From: a virus
Virus record (IMG/VR): IMGVR_UViG_3300032011_003203
Coordinates: 1-64,000 of that record
Reading direction: 5' to 3' (one strand)
Length of the DNA: 64,000 nt
Positions 19,433-28,796 of this stretch are shown piece by piece. The first letter of the stretch is position 1. The number at the start of each line of letters is the position of its first letter. The translations under genes and the position numbers were made by a program. The notes beneath the pieces were generated by a model that saw only the letters and a list, made by a program, of their open reading frames with translations, was not told the DNA's origin and did not search any database.

Positions 19433-19622
19433 TATAATAGATGTAGGAAACGACAGGTATGTTGTTCTTGGAACGGCAAAGGTTGACTCTGGTTATTCTC
19501 CCGAAGAACTCAAGTCTCAGTATGGGTACGCCGATGCCGTTCTAAGGAACGGAGAAGTTTATTATATCTGCTATAAAATAATAGAAGCAGAATTTGAAGA
19601 ATTGAATCAAGAAACAGAATAG
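19416..19622 (+). CDS. Hypothetical protein lacking ATG/GTG/TTG start (CTG start or frameshift)
   Basis: Open 68-codon frame LSKFPNIIDVGNDRYVVLG...ETE* overlapping the end of hsp20; not in ORF track. Confidence 0.45.
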   Translation: MSKFPNIIDVGNDRYVVLGTAKVDSGYSPEELKSQYGYADAVLRNGEVYYICYKIIEAEFEELNQETE

Positions 19623-19623
19623 A

Positions 19624-19838
19624 GTCGTGATTTCTTGTTACCACTTCGGTGGGTTGTTGTTTTCGGATATGGAGTGAAAGGTTTGGATGAGCGACCAAAC
19701 AGAAGTCCTAACTAAAAGGACATAGAGTAATATCAGTTAGGCTGGGTTGTAGACCAGAGGATATTGCTTACCAGTAGTCTGGTACAAGTATCACTTTTGA
19801 TATAGCAATTGTGAGAAGATATTGAAATAATTGACGAC
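19624..19838 (+). ncRNA. Putative structured non-coding RNA
   Basis: Terminal pairing GTCGT/ACGAC plus hairpins CCAC-TTCG-GTGG, GTTTGG/CCAAAC, GTCCT/AGGAC, ACCAGA/TCTGGT; no credible plus-strand ORF. Confidence 0.5.
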
Positions 19839-19868
19839 ATACTACGCTAATTTGATACTTATTACTAT

Positions 19869-20396
19869 ATGAATCTTAAACAGATTAAACAAAGAAAAGT
19901 AAGACAGAAACTTGCTTGGTTACAATCCGAATTAGAAGAAACAAAAATCATTTATAAAGATTGTATAGAAAAGTTCAATACAGATTTCAGAAATTATCTG
20001 ATGGGTAATGATGCACCAATTGAGGCTGCACCAAAAATAACCAAAGACCCACTTGATGAAATTCAATCTGATGTTGATGAGGATACATTTAAACAAGTGT
20101 ATCGTAAGGTTGCAGGAAAGACACATCCAGATAAGGGTGGGGATTCAGATAAGTTTAAGGTAGCAAATGAGGCTAATAAAAATAAAGATTTTGGTAAGTT
20201 GTTAGATATGGCAGATGAATTAGGAGTTGAAGTTCCTATGGATGATAAGTTAAAATTTCAAATGGAACAACAAATAAAAGCAGTATCAGATAATATAACC
20301 AATATGAAATCCACGATGGCGTGGGTTTGGGTTCACATTGAACCAGATTCAAAAGATAATATGAAACAATATATTCTACAACAATTGAATATATAA
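19869..20396 (+). CDS. J-domain (DnaJ-like) protein
   Basis: YRKVAGKTHPDKGG..F. Confidence 0.8.
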   Translation: MNLKQIKQRKVRQKLAWLQSELEETKIIYKDCIEKFNTDFRNYLMGNDAPIEAAPKITKDPLDEIQSDVDEDTFKQVYRKVAGKTHPDKGGDSDKFKVANEANKNKDFGKLLDMADELGVEVPMDDKLKFQMEQQIKAVSDNITNMKSTMAWVWVHIEPDSKDNMKQYILQQLNI

Positions 20397-20428
20397 CATA
20401 TTTATAACTAATACAAAGAGGTCATACT

Positions 20429-20614
20429 ATGAGAAGAAAAAATGAAGTACTCGATAAGATAAATTATATCAAAGACGAAGTGGATAGATTACACGAAAGA
20501 ACACCTGAAGATACAGGTGATGCTCGTTTTGATTTAATCTTACGAATTGTAAGAGGATTAAAATCACAGGTAGAGGGTTTAGAAAATCTTGTTGAGTTAG
20601 AAGAAGAAGATTAA
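20429..20614 (+). CDS. Hypothetical protein
   Basis: ORF after TATTTATA motif with GAGG RBS. Confidence 0.55.
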   Translation: MRRKNEVLDKINYIKDEVDRLHERTPEDTGDARFDLILRIVRGLKSQVEGLENLVELEEED

Positions 20615-20627
20615 ATAGGAGAACACA

Positions 20628-21575
20628 TTGGAACGCTCAAAGAATTTCCATATATGGTTGGGAATCTCAGCATTACTTATTGCAGGTAGTGCAGGATTCT
20701 TTTCCGTATTTGGACTAAGTAAATTATTTAGTGGTGCAGCATTAAGTGTTGTGGTAATGGCAAGTGCATTGGAACTTGGTAAATTAGTTACTGCTGCATT
20801 CGTATATCGATATTGGAATATGATTAGTTGGTTTCAACGAATATATTTAAGTACCGCAGTAGTAGTATTAATTGCTATTACATCTGCTGGTATATTTGGT
20901 TATCTAAGTAATGCTTATCAAGGAGCGACTGTTGAGTTCGAAAAAGAATCTACTGCTTTATTATATAAGGAAGATAGATTAGACCAGTTAAAAGAGGATA
21001 AGATATTTTTAACTGAAGAGTTAGAGGTAGCAATAACAGAACTACCTGATAACTATCTTACAGCGAAGAGAAAACTTCGTGAGGAATATCAACCACAGAT
21101 ATCAGATATCAATAAACAAATGTTAGATTTAAAAGGTGAGATAGGGGAATTAAAAATTGCCCTGGTGGAAACTGGAGTGGATGTTGGGCCAGCAATATAT
21201 CTGGCTCGAACATTCGATACTGATGTAGATTCGGTTGTGAAGTTTTTTATCTTTATTTTAATATTTGTCTTTGACCCATTAGCTGTTATGCTTGTTATAG
21301 CATTTAATCAAGCGATAATACTTAGGGAAGAAGAAACCCAGCCAAAAAGTGGTAAGCAAAAAAGCTTGCTTACCAAGAAAGCAAAATCGTGGTGGAAGTT
21401 TTGGGAAATGTATGGTGAAGATGGAAAAGAAAAAACTCAAACAGAACATTGGAAAGATATATACAATGAACCAATTGAAATAGAACCTGATATTGAGGAT
21501 ATACCAGAGATTGAAGAAGAAAAAACTTCAGAGAAAAAAAGCAGAAACCCGTTAAGAGGTGGAGTTCGAACATAG
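20628..21575 (+). CDS. Multi-pass membrane protein with coiled coil
   Basis: LELGKLV, ITSAGIFGYLS.A, VGP..YLA, FVFDPLA conserved in large phages. Confidence 0.7.
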   Translation: MERSKNFHIWLGISALLIAGSAGFFSVFGLSKLFSGAALSVVVMASALELGKLVTAAFVYRYWNMISWFQRIYLSTAVVVLIAITSAGIFGYLSNAYQGATVEFEKESTALLYKEDRLDQLKEDKIFLTEELEVAITELPDNYLTAKRKLREEYQPQISDINKQMLDLKGEIGELKIALVETGVDVGPAIYLARTFDTDVDSVVKFFIFILIFVFDPLAVMLVIAFNQAIILREEETQPKSGKQKSLLTKKAKSWWKFWEMYGEDGKEKTQTEHWKDIYNEPIEIEPDIEDIPEIEEEKTSEKKSRNPLRGGVRT

Positions 21576-21641
21576 TATATATTATATTTATTAGTAAGAA
21601 CCCGCGGTTAACATTTAATAAACAATAATGGGAGTGTTACT

Positions 21642-22475
21642 ATGAGTAGAAAAGCAAAAGTAGAAACGATTACAAAGGTTGTATCTAATCAAGAATGTCA
21701 AAACAAACGACAAGCTCTATCACAAATGAAACGAATTAGATGGGGTATAGATTTCAAAAATAATAACCAAAAGAAATTTTGGGATAATATTGTATCTAAT
21801 ACTATTAATTTTTGTATAGGTCCTGCAGGATGTGGTAAAACATATATTGCAACATATTGGGCATTACAACATTTGGTTGATAAACATTCAAAGTATGATG
21901 GTATCATTATAACGAAACCTTTAGTTGAGGTTGATGGTGAGAGAATGGGATATTTGCCAGGTAGTATAGATGAGAAAACAGAACCATTTATGCAATCAGT
22001 ATATTATAATATGGAACAGATTATTGGTAAACAAAGAATGGAAGTTCTGAGAGCAGCAGGATTGATTAAAGTAGTACCTTTAGCATATATGCGTGGTTTA
22101 ACATTACAGAATAAAATTGTAATGTTAGATGAAGCACAAAACGCAACGATACCACAAATTAAAACTTTCTTAACGAGAATTGGAATGGGTTCTAAATATA
22201 TCGTTAGTGGAGATTTAATGCAAAGTGATTTAAAAGGAAACGGGCCTAATGCATTAGAAGATAGTATCAGAAGATTTACTGGTCTATATGGTGTAGGGTT
22301 TAGTAAGTTTGAAATGACAGATGTTGTTAGACATCCAATTGTTGCAGAACTATTATCAAGATATGAAAGTAAATTTACTTTATCTGATAAATCAGCTGAA
22401 GTAACATTAAGTGAATGGTTAAATCATCCAACATTTGAACATCCAAAATACTCAAATTATTGGGATAAAAATTAA
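21642..22475 (+). CDS. phoH: PhoH-family ATPase
   Basis: GPAGCGKT, GYLPG, LAYMRG.T, DEAQN, LTRIG, GD..Q.D, VRHP. Confidence 0.93.
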   Translation: MSRKAKVETITKVVSNQECQNKRQALSQMKRIRWGIDFKNNNQKKFWDNIVSNTINFCIGPAGCGKTYIATYWALQHLVDKHSKYDGIIITKPLVEVDGERMGYLPGSIDEKTEPFMQSVYYNMEQIIGKQRMEVLRAAGLIKVVPLAYMRGLTLQNKIVMLDEAQNATIPQIKTFLTRIGMGSKYIVSGDLMQSDLKGNGPNALEDSIRRFTGLYGVGFSKFEMTDVVRHPIVAELLSRYESKFTLSDKSAEVTLSEWLNHPTFEHPKYSNYWDKN

Positions 22476-22488
22476 TTTAAAAAAACAC

Positions 22489-22518
22489 TTGACTTGTATA
22501 GTAAAAAAGCCTTATATT
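22489..22518 (+). promoter_or_regulatory. Early sigma70-type promoter
   Basis: TTGACT-tgtatagtaaaaaagcct-TATATT. Confidence 0.8.
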
Positions 22519-22544
22519 CATATATGATGAATAAGGAAAAAACA

Positions 22545-23054
22545 ATGAACAAGAAAACAGTCATATTTGATTTAGACGGTACTCTTGCTGATATCGATAT
22601 TAGGAGAGATAATTCCACTAAAGCAAATGGTAAATTAAATTGGGATATATTCGCTGCACCTGATTCTATTCTTCATTGGGATAAACCAAATGAACCAGTA
22701 ATTAAGATGGCACAAATGTTCCACGCTGATGGATTCAAAATTGTTATCTTTTCAGGTAGGAATGATAGAGGTTTCTTCGCCACCAAAGAATGGTTACAGA
22801 AACACGATGTACCCTTTGACCTTTTGGTTCTTAGACCAGATAAGTTTCAAGATAAGTCTTGGCCGATTGCTAATGGTAATCCAGCCACTTTCGATATGAG
22901 GTTTATGCCAGATGAGATTCTCAAGAAAGAAATGTTAGATACTTTCGTAGATATCGATGATGTCTTTCTTGTAGTTGACGATAGAGATAAGGTTGTAAAG
23001 ATGTGGAGAGATTTAGGATTAAATACTTTTCAAGTTGCTCCAGGAGATTTTTAA
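22545..23054 (+). CDS. HAD 3'-phosphatase (PNKP phosphatase-like)
   Basis: FDLDGT, SGR, T..WL, DDRDKVV.MWRDLG..FQVA.GDF as in the T4 PseT phosphatase domain. Confidence 0.85.
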   Translation: MNKKTVIFDLDGTLADIDIRRDNSTKANGKLNWDIFAAPDSILHWDKPNEPVIKMAQMFHADGFKIVIFSGRNDRGFFATKEWLQKHDVPFDLLVLRPDKFQDKSWPIANGNPATFDMRFMPDEILKKEMLDTFVDIDDVFLVVDDRDKVVKMWRDLGLNTFQVAPGDF

Positions 23055-23161
23055 GTTGAGTGAGGTAACTAAAAAAGTTTGTCCGCGGTGTAAAAAGAAA
23101 CATACTGATGAGATGATACAACATCCAAAACATTGTTTCAAATGTGTTTTAGCAATACATT

Positions 23162-23377
23162 GTGGAGAAACATAAGATGTGGTATAAGATAAACGCTAAG
23201 GACATGTCGACTGGTAAACCAGATGGGATAGTTATTACATTTTCTATTTGGGCTGATGATGAAAAAAAACTCAATAATATATTAGCTGATAAAAATTGTG
23301 TTGATATAAAAATATTAGCATCAACAGAAGAAGAGTGGACACCTGAATGGGCTAAATCGGTTGATGAAAATAAATGA
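23162..23377 (+). CDS. Hypothetical protein
   Basis: ORF. Confidence 0.45.
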   Translation: MEKHKMWYKINAKDMSTGKPDGIVITFSIWADDEKKLNNILADKNCVDIKILASTEEEWTPEWAKSVDENK

Positions 23378-23386
23378 AAAAAACAC

Positions 23387-23416
23387 TTGACTCTTTGGCT
23401 AGTTTATACTTATATT
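23387..23416 (+). promoter_or_regulatory. Early sigma70-type promoter
   Basis: aaaaaaacac-TTGACT-N18-TATATT. Confidence 0.75.
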
Positions 23417-23424
23417 AAAGGCAT

Positions 23425-23697
23425 ATGAATAATCAAGAATTAATAGATTTGTTAGTAGAAAAATTTGATGGTACAATTATCGATGATAATAATTGGGAAC
23501 ACTATTCCATCAAAGGTAAGAAGTATGATATTATGTTTGACCCATCACGAATCGAATGGAGTTGTGATTGCCCAGCATTTATATATCGTAGAAAATTTAA
23601 AAAGAAATATTGTAAACATATTATTGAGATACAGAATAAGAAATTACAACAACGAGTGGCACAAGCAGAAGGCCGTGCAGGTGCCAGAGTTGGTTAA
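23425..23697 (+). CDS. SWIM zinc-finger protein
   Basis: WSCDCPAF...CKHI. Confidence 0.75.
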   Translation: MNNQELIDLLVEKFDGTIIDDNNWEHYSIKGKKYDIMFDPSRIEWSCDCPAFIYRRKFKKKYCKHIIEIQNKKLQQRVAQAEGRAGARVG

Positions 23698-23748
23698 TGG
23701 GGTGGATTGCAAATCCATTATTCGCAGGTTCGAATCCTGTCCTGCACT
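23675..23748 (+). tRNA. tRNA-Cys(GCA)
   Basis: GTGCAGG/CCTGCAC acceptor, anticodon arm GTGGA-TTGCAAA-TCCAT, TTCGAAT T-loop, U73; no CCA. Confidence 0.9.
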
Positions 23749-23758
23749 CAAAATTTAA

Positions 23759-23995
23759 ATGGAGATAGGAATGACTATATCAGAATTGGTAATTCGATTA
23801 GAAGAAATCGAAAATGAAACGGATGGTAACCCGAAAGCGTTATGTTCGGAATTGATTGATGATTTGATAGAGATGGAAATTACTATGGATAAAGAACTAA
23901 GGAAATTTGCAAAAGAAAATAAATTTCAATCGGATGATATTATGATGAAGTTAATACTTGAGGGTATTAAGTCAGGTTCGGTTGGAGATGCGTAA
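23759..23995 (+). CDS. Hypothetical protein
   Basis: ORF. Confidence 0.5.
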   Translation: MEIGMTISELVIRLEEIENETDGNPKALCSELIDDLIEMEITMDKELRKFAKENKFQSDDIMMKLILEGIKSGSVGDA

Positions 23996-24473
23996 ACAAA
24001 AGAAAAAAAAGGAGTTACAAATGGAATCTAATTTTGAAAAGAATGGTGGATACTTTATTGATGGAGTTGCCTATATGGATTGTAAAATCACAGGTCAACC
24101 AGTCAAGAATGTAAGTACCGATGCTACATCCGTTATAGGTGATAGGGCATTGATGGGTAGGTTACATAAAATGTTTCCAGAAGAATTTAACAAAGCTACT
24201 AAACCAGCATACAAACCAACAGGTCGTCCAGCAGGATGGCATTGGATGGCTGAGTTTGTAGATAAAGATGGTAATGTATTTCATAAGGGTAAAGAGATGC
24301 CTAAGTTAAAGGGTACACTAAAACCTACTAAGGTGAAACCACCTAAGAAGAAAGTGAAACGAAGAACTCGTGATGAGATATTAGTCGCCAAACATAAAGA
24401 GAAACAAGCAGCTCTTAAAAAAGCAGCTAAGAAGCAACAAGATTTTCTTAACCATATAACTGAGGATAAATAG
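23958..24473 (+). CDS. Basic hypothetical phage protein
   Basis: GRPAGWHWMAEFVDKDGNVFHKG motif; start likely 23988 or 24021. Confidence 0.6.
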   Translation: MRVLSQVRLEMRKQKKKKELQMESNFEKNGGYFIDGVAYMDCKITGQPVKNVSTDATSVIGDRALMGRLHKMFPEEFNKATKPAYKPTGRPAGWHWMAEFVDKDGNVFHKGKEMPKLKGTLKPTKVKPPKKKVKRRTRDEILVAKHKEKQAALKKAAKKQQDFLNHITEDK

Positions 24474-24597
24474 TTATGAGTAAAAAAACCAAAGGTCAAT
24501 TTGGCCACTACAAAACTTTCACATTGAAAGATGGAACTAAATTTAAAGCAAAGGATGAATCCGATGCTAAACTTTATAAAAAAAAGGTAGGTGAGTA

Positions 24598-24792
24598 GTG
24601 GGTAAGTTAGATACAATAGTAGATTCAGTAACTACCGCAGGTGATACTGATGATGGTTTTAAAGTGAGTGAGGTACTCAAAGGTGATACACGCTTAAAAG
24701 GTGAATCCTATGAGGATTTCAAGATTCGTAGGAAAGCTGAAAAGGGTTTAGTAAGAGATTATCTCAAAGGGAGATTTATACCTAATAAATGA
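24598..24792 (+). CDS. Hypothetical protein
   Basis: R..GESYEDFK.RR motif. Confidence 0.5.
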   Translation: MGKLDTIVDSVTTAGDTDDGFKVSEVLKGDTRLKGESYEDFKIRRKAEKGLVRDYLKGRFIPNK

Positions 24793-25415
24793 GACAAGTA
24801 ATTAATTGTTTAAAACACGATAATCCAGTTATTAATAAAAAACTAAGAGAGGTTTCAGTTGAAGAGGGAATGGCTATTGCAACAGAACTATTTCAAATAC
24901 TTAACCAAAGAGGGGACGGCATTGGGTTGGCAGCTAATCAAGTGGGAATTGATGCACAAGTGGCCGTTGTCAATGTTCGTGAACCTTTGGTTCTCATTAA
25001 TCCAAAAATTATCTCAAAAGAAAATGAGTTAGATTTTTACGAGGGATGTTTATCTTATAAAGGCAAGGGTGTTCATACTAAACGATATGAAACAATACAT
25101 GTCCAAACTGCACAAGAAGAGAGTGGTTGGATATTTAGTGGAACACCTAATGCAAGTGAGGGTAAAGGTAGTTGGGAAAAAAATGATAAGGATGAACAAG
25201 AATTAAGATTGTTAGAAACCATATGTGTTCAACACGAGATTGACCACTTGATGGGTAAAACAATATTTGATAGGGAATATAAACCAAAACCTATTATTAG
25301 TGAAAAGAAATTTGGAAGAAACGAACTTGTTACAATAAAAAGAAATGATGCCGTTAAGGTATTAAAGTACAAGAAAGCAAAATCATTTTTAGATGATGGT
25401 TGGGCAATTAATTAG
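24789..25415 (+). CDS. def: Peptide deformylase
   Basis: GIGLAANQ, EGCLS, QHEIDHL. Confidence 0.93.
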   Translation: MRQVINCLKHDNPVINKKLREVSVEEGMAIATELFQILNQRGDGIGLAANQVGIDAQVAVVNVREPLVLINPKIISKENELDFYEGCLSYKGKGVHTKRYETIHVQTAQEESGWIFSGTPNASEGKGSWEKNDKDEQELRLLETICVQHEIDHLMGKTIFDREYKPKPIISEKKFGRNELVTIKRNDAVKVLKYKKAKSFLDDGWAIN

Positions 25416-25713
25416 TTATGGAGAAAATAATATGAGATTAAACTTATATAACAGATTCCTAAAATTTATGGGACACAAAGTTCCAGTTTGGGTAATCTTA
25501 GTAATAATGAATTTCTATTGGTTAACTACTTCAGTATATGATGTGGTAATTCAAAAAGGTTTTCAGATGGCAATAAACCAAATGGAGAACGGAGAATTAA
25601 CAGTCTTAGAGGGAAGAGTTACACCAAGTGGGAGATTAAAAAGAATAGAGGAATTTTTAGGAATGCCTCGTAATGTACAAACAGATAAACCAATCATAAG
25701 GAAGAAAAAGTAA
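25393..25713 (+). CDS. Membrane-anchored hypothetical protein
   Basis: One TM; start likely ATG 25432. Confidence 0.5.
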   Translation: MMVGQLISYGENNMRLNLYNRFLKFMGHKVPVWVILVIMNFYWLTTSVYDVVIQKGFQMAINQMENGELTVLEGRVTPSGRLKRIEEFLGMPRNVQTDKPIIRKKK

Positions 25714-25955
25714 TGGCAGGATTCAGAGGTAGACCAAGTAATAAAAGACCAATAGTAGAAGCAATCAGAAGAAAATGTGTTGGTTGTGGTAAGATTAAGG
25801 AAGTTAAATTTAAGAAGTATTGGATTCCATCTTTTACTTTAGAAAAGGATATTCCAGCTTACAGCAAGAATGGTCCGAAGAAAGAACGATTAGAACGCAA
25901 GGGTGCGACAGTTAAGTACTATTGTGAGTATGATTGTTATCAAGAGAATAGGTAA
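25713..25955 (+). CDS. Small Cys-containing protein
   Basis: CVGC...C.YDC. Confidence 0.5.
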   Translation: MAGFRGRPSNKRPIVEAIRRKCVGCGKIKEVKFKKYWIPSFTLEKDIPAYSKNGPKKERLERKGATVKYYCEYDCYQENR

Positions 25956-26236
25956 TGTCTAAAAAGAAATCTATATACGATTCAGGAACTACCAAAGGTT
26001 CAGCACCAAGAACATCAAACAAAAAGAAGTATGATGAAAATTGGGAAAAAATCTTTGGTAAGAAGAAAGATAAAAAAGAACCAAGTCCAAATGAATATGG
26101 GGATGATGATTATGCAACACCTGATTAGAAAAATACTTTGGTATTTGGGAAATTTGAAGCATATATATTTTATGTATCAATACAAGAAACACTTAAAAAT
26201 GAGAATTGAAAAAAATAACTTTGGAAGAAATGAAGA

Positions 26237-27190
26237 ATGGTAAATAATAAAATCGGTTATGCGTGTATCAATATGCAACTTAGTTATCCTACTAAGTATG
26301 GTAATAAACCAAAAGGTACACAACCTATCACAACAAATCGTAGTATGATTAAAAGAACCTTTACAGAGAAAGGTGTTGATTATGCTTCAGAACTTATCCT
26401 ACAAAATGTAAAAGATTTAAACTCAATCATTAATTGGAATATATTAAATGGTTACGATTTCTATCGTATGAGTAGTGATATCACGCCTTGGAAAACTGAG
26501 TATGAATGGAGTGACCTAAAAGATATTACAGAAATCAAACAATGGTTACATTCTGCTGGTACACTCGCAACTACTCACGGAATTAGATTAACAACACATC
26601 CAGGCCCTTTCAATGTATTGGTTTCACCACACGAGCATGTAGTGGATAATTGTGTAAAGGACTTAACAATACACGGAGATGTTATGGATATGATGGGATT
26701 ATCTCGTACACCATACAATAAAATTAATATACATCTTGGTGGTGTCTATGGTGATAAACAATCTGCTATGGATAGATTTTGTAAAAACTTTTCTAAGTTA
26801 CCAATGAGTGTACAAACAAGATTGACTGTCGAGAACGACGACAAGGCATCAATGTATTCAGTAAAGGAGTTATACGATGGAATATACAAACGAATTAATA
26901 TCCCTATTGTGTTTGATTATCATCACCACAGATTTTGTGATGGTGGTTTATCGGAACAAGAAGCGTTAGAATTGGCAATGTCTACTTGGGGAGATATCAA
27001 ACCAGCAGTTCACTATTCTGAATCAAGAAGTATTGAACAAGAGGATACAAAAATTCGACCACAGGCACATTCAGATTATGTGTATGATTATATCGATACA
27101 TATGGTAATGGTGTTGATATTATGGTTGAGGCAAAAGCTAAAGAGTTAGCAGTAAACAAATATAAACAAATACACATAAAGGAGTTATAG
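26237..27190 (+). CDS. uvsE: UV damage endonuclease
   Basis: IGYACIN, YRMSS, HPGPF, NIHLGG, LTVENDD, FDYHHH, HYSES, AHSD, EAKAKE. Confidence 0.92.
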   Translation: MVNNKIGYACINMQLSYPTKYGNKPKGTQPITTNRSMIKRTFTEKGVDYASELILQNVKDLNSIINWNILNGYDFYRMSSDITPWKTEYEWSDLKDITEIKQWLHSAGTLATTHGIRLTTHPGPFNVLVSPHEHVVDNCVKDLTIHGDVMDMMGLSRTPYNKINIHLGGVYGDKQSAMDRFCKNFSKLPMSVQTRLTVENDDKASMYSVKELYDGIYKRINIPIVFDYHHHRFCDGGLSEQEALELAMSTWGDIKPAVHYSESRSIEQEDTKIRPQAHSDYVYDYIDTYGNGVDIMVEAKAKELAVNKYKQIHIKEL

Positions 27191-27394
27191 ATGTATTATG
27201 AAGTACAAGTAGTATTTACTGAGGAAATAGCAACAAAGAATAGCGTACGAGAAAAGAAAACTCGTAGAGCATTTTTAGTTGAGTGTGATTCAGTATCAGT
27301 AGCAGAAGCAAAGGTTAATGAGGATTTAAAAGATTCACCTTATCCATTTGAAGTTAAAGTGGCAAAAGAATCTAAGATAGTTGGAGTAATATAA
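27191..27394 (+). CDS. DUF4494-like protein
   Basis: YEV.V....EKK....LVE..SV..AEA.V pattern of the FCB-group family. Confidence 0.6.
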   Translation: MYYEVQVVFTEEIATKNSVREKKTRRAFLVECDSVSVAEAKVNEDLKDSPYPFEVKVAKESKIVGVI

Positions 27395-27667
27395 TGACAT
27401 TTTTAGAAGCATGTGAACTTCTTACTGAGATTCTTGTTGGTAAAAAAACCAAGAAGAAGAACAGAAAAACTGGTAGAAGAACTGAAACAAAAACCAGAAG
27501 AAGATACACAAGGAGAAAGAGTAAATGAGTTATCGTGATGTTGAAACTCTTTTAGATATAATTGGAACTATACTACATCTTACTGCAGGTGGTATCTTAC
27601 TATACTTTATGTATCAGTTCTCTGAGGGAATGAGTGCATGGGTTGAGTTGGATAGGATGGTACGAGG

Positions 27668-28249
27668 ATGGTAGTACAGAGTTTATTAAGTGGATTAGTT
27701 TTCTTCACATCATTTGCTATGAGAACACCAAACGATGATAGTATCACTAAGGATGATTATGAAATAACATTCGGATTTAAAAACGAACAGATGTATTTTA
27801 AACGAGATTGGGAACGAGAGTTAGGACAGAGATATGTGGATGATGAAATATGGTTTGAATGGAAACCAAAAAACTTTTATCTCAAACCACAATATGTAAA
27901 TAAAACTTCTCGTGATTTACAATATGGTAAAACTGATATTCGTTATCGTAGTGGAGATTACTCAATTGGATATACTGGTTTGTATGCTGATAAAGCATTT
28001 GAAAGTGGTTTATCTCTTGGTGTAAGTAAGAAGAAAGAAATCAATCACACTTTATCTTTAGAGGCAAAGTGGGATGGATATATTTTCAGAAGTGATATTA
28101 CAGGCGAGAGTAGATTCGATATGGAAGATTATGCAAAGATTAACTATAAGATAAATGAACACTTAACACTAACCAATATATTTGATTATAATAATGTAAA
28201 GGGTAAAAAATATTATAAATTTAAAGTAGGATTAGAGTACGAATTATAG
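27668..28249 (+). CDS. Putative outer-membrane beta-barrel protein
   Basis: Hydrophobic N-terminus, alternating aromatic strands, C-terminal FKVGLEYEL. Confidence 0.55.
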   Translation: MVVQSLLSGLVFFTSFAMRTPNDDSITKDDYEITFGFKNEQMYFKRDWERELGQRYVDDEIWFEWKPKNFYLKPQYVNKTSRDLQYGKTDIRYRSGDYSIGYTGLYADKAFESGLSLGVSKKKEINHTLSLEAKWDGYIFRSDITGESRFDMEDYAKINYKINEHLTLTNIFDYNNVKGKKYYKFKVGLEYEL

Positions 28250-28291
28250 TACTTACTCATACTTATAATAATAATTTAAGGAGACATTATA

Positions 28292-28441
28292 ATGTCATTA
28301 GCGGAAATTAAAGAGAAATTAGAAAAAGCTTATAACGATGAAGATTGGAATGTCGTTGAAGAAATTCTCGAAACATTATCATACGAGGTAGAATTAAATG
28401 ACCCGTATGGGTATGAAGATGATGATGATGAAATTGATTAA
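28292..28441 (+). CDS. Small acidic protein (49 aa)
   Basis: AAGGAG RBS; MSLAEIKEKLEKAY...EDDDDEID. Confidence 0.55.
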   Translation: MSLAEIKEKLEKAYNDEDWNVVEEILETLSYEVELNDPYGYEDDDDEID

Positions 28442-28444
28442 TAT

Positions 28445-28792
28445 GGGGCTGCTTGGTATCGACAGGTGCTGTTTCGTATTTGAGTGCAACGGAGTTTGAG
28501 CAAGACTCGCTACAAAAGGTTCATCTTGATTAATTGGCAATACTGCTAATTACGCTTACGCTTAATGTGTAAGGCTCGTTCCAAGACTCAGATATTGGGT
28601 AACGGGTTCATAAATCTGAAAAGAACTCACTTTAGTTAGAGGGAAGTTAGTGATTAAAGAAACTACCAGTTTTCAAGAGCTGTATATAACTTGACAAAGG
28701 TTGATGATAACTAAAATTTGGAATCATCTAAAGTTGTGAACGACTTGATATGATAGGTAGACTGGACGGGGGTTCGACTCCCCCCAGCTCCA
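28445..28792 (+). ncRNA. ssrA: tmRNA
   Basis: 5' GGGGCTG..GGTATCGAC, 3' GGACGGGGGTTCGACTCCCCCCAGCTCCA; G3:U; tag frame 28536-28565 GNTANYAYA*. Confidence 0.92.
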
Positions 28793-28796
28793 CAAT

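Noticed and set aside
23465-23758. 97-aa ORF
   Set aside because: Alternate frame across the SWIM gene and the whole tRNA-Cys.
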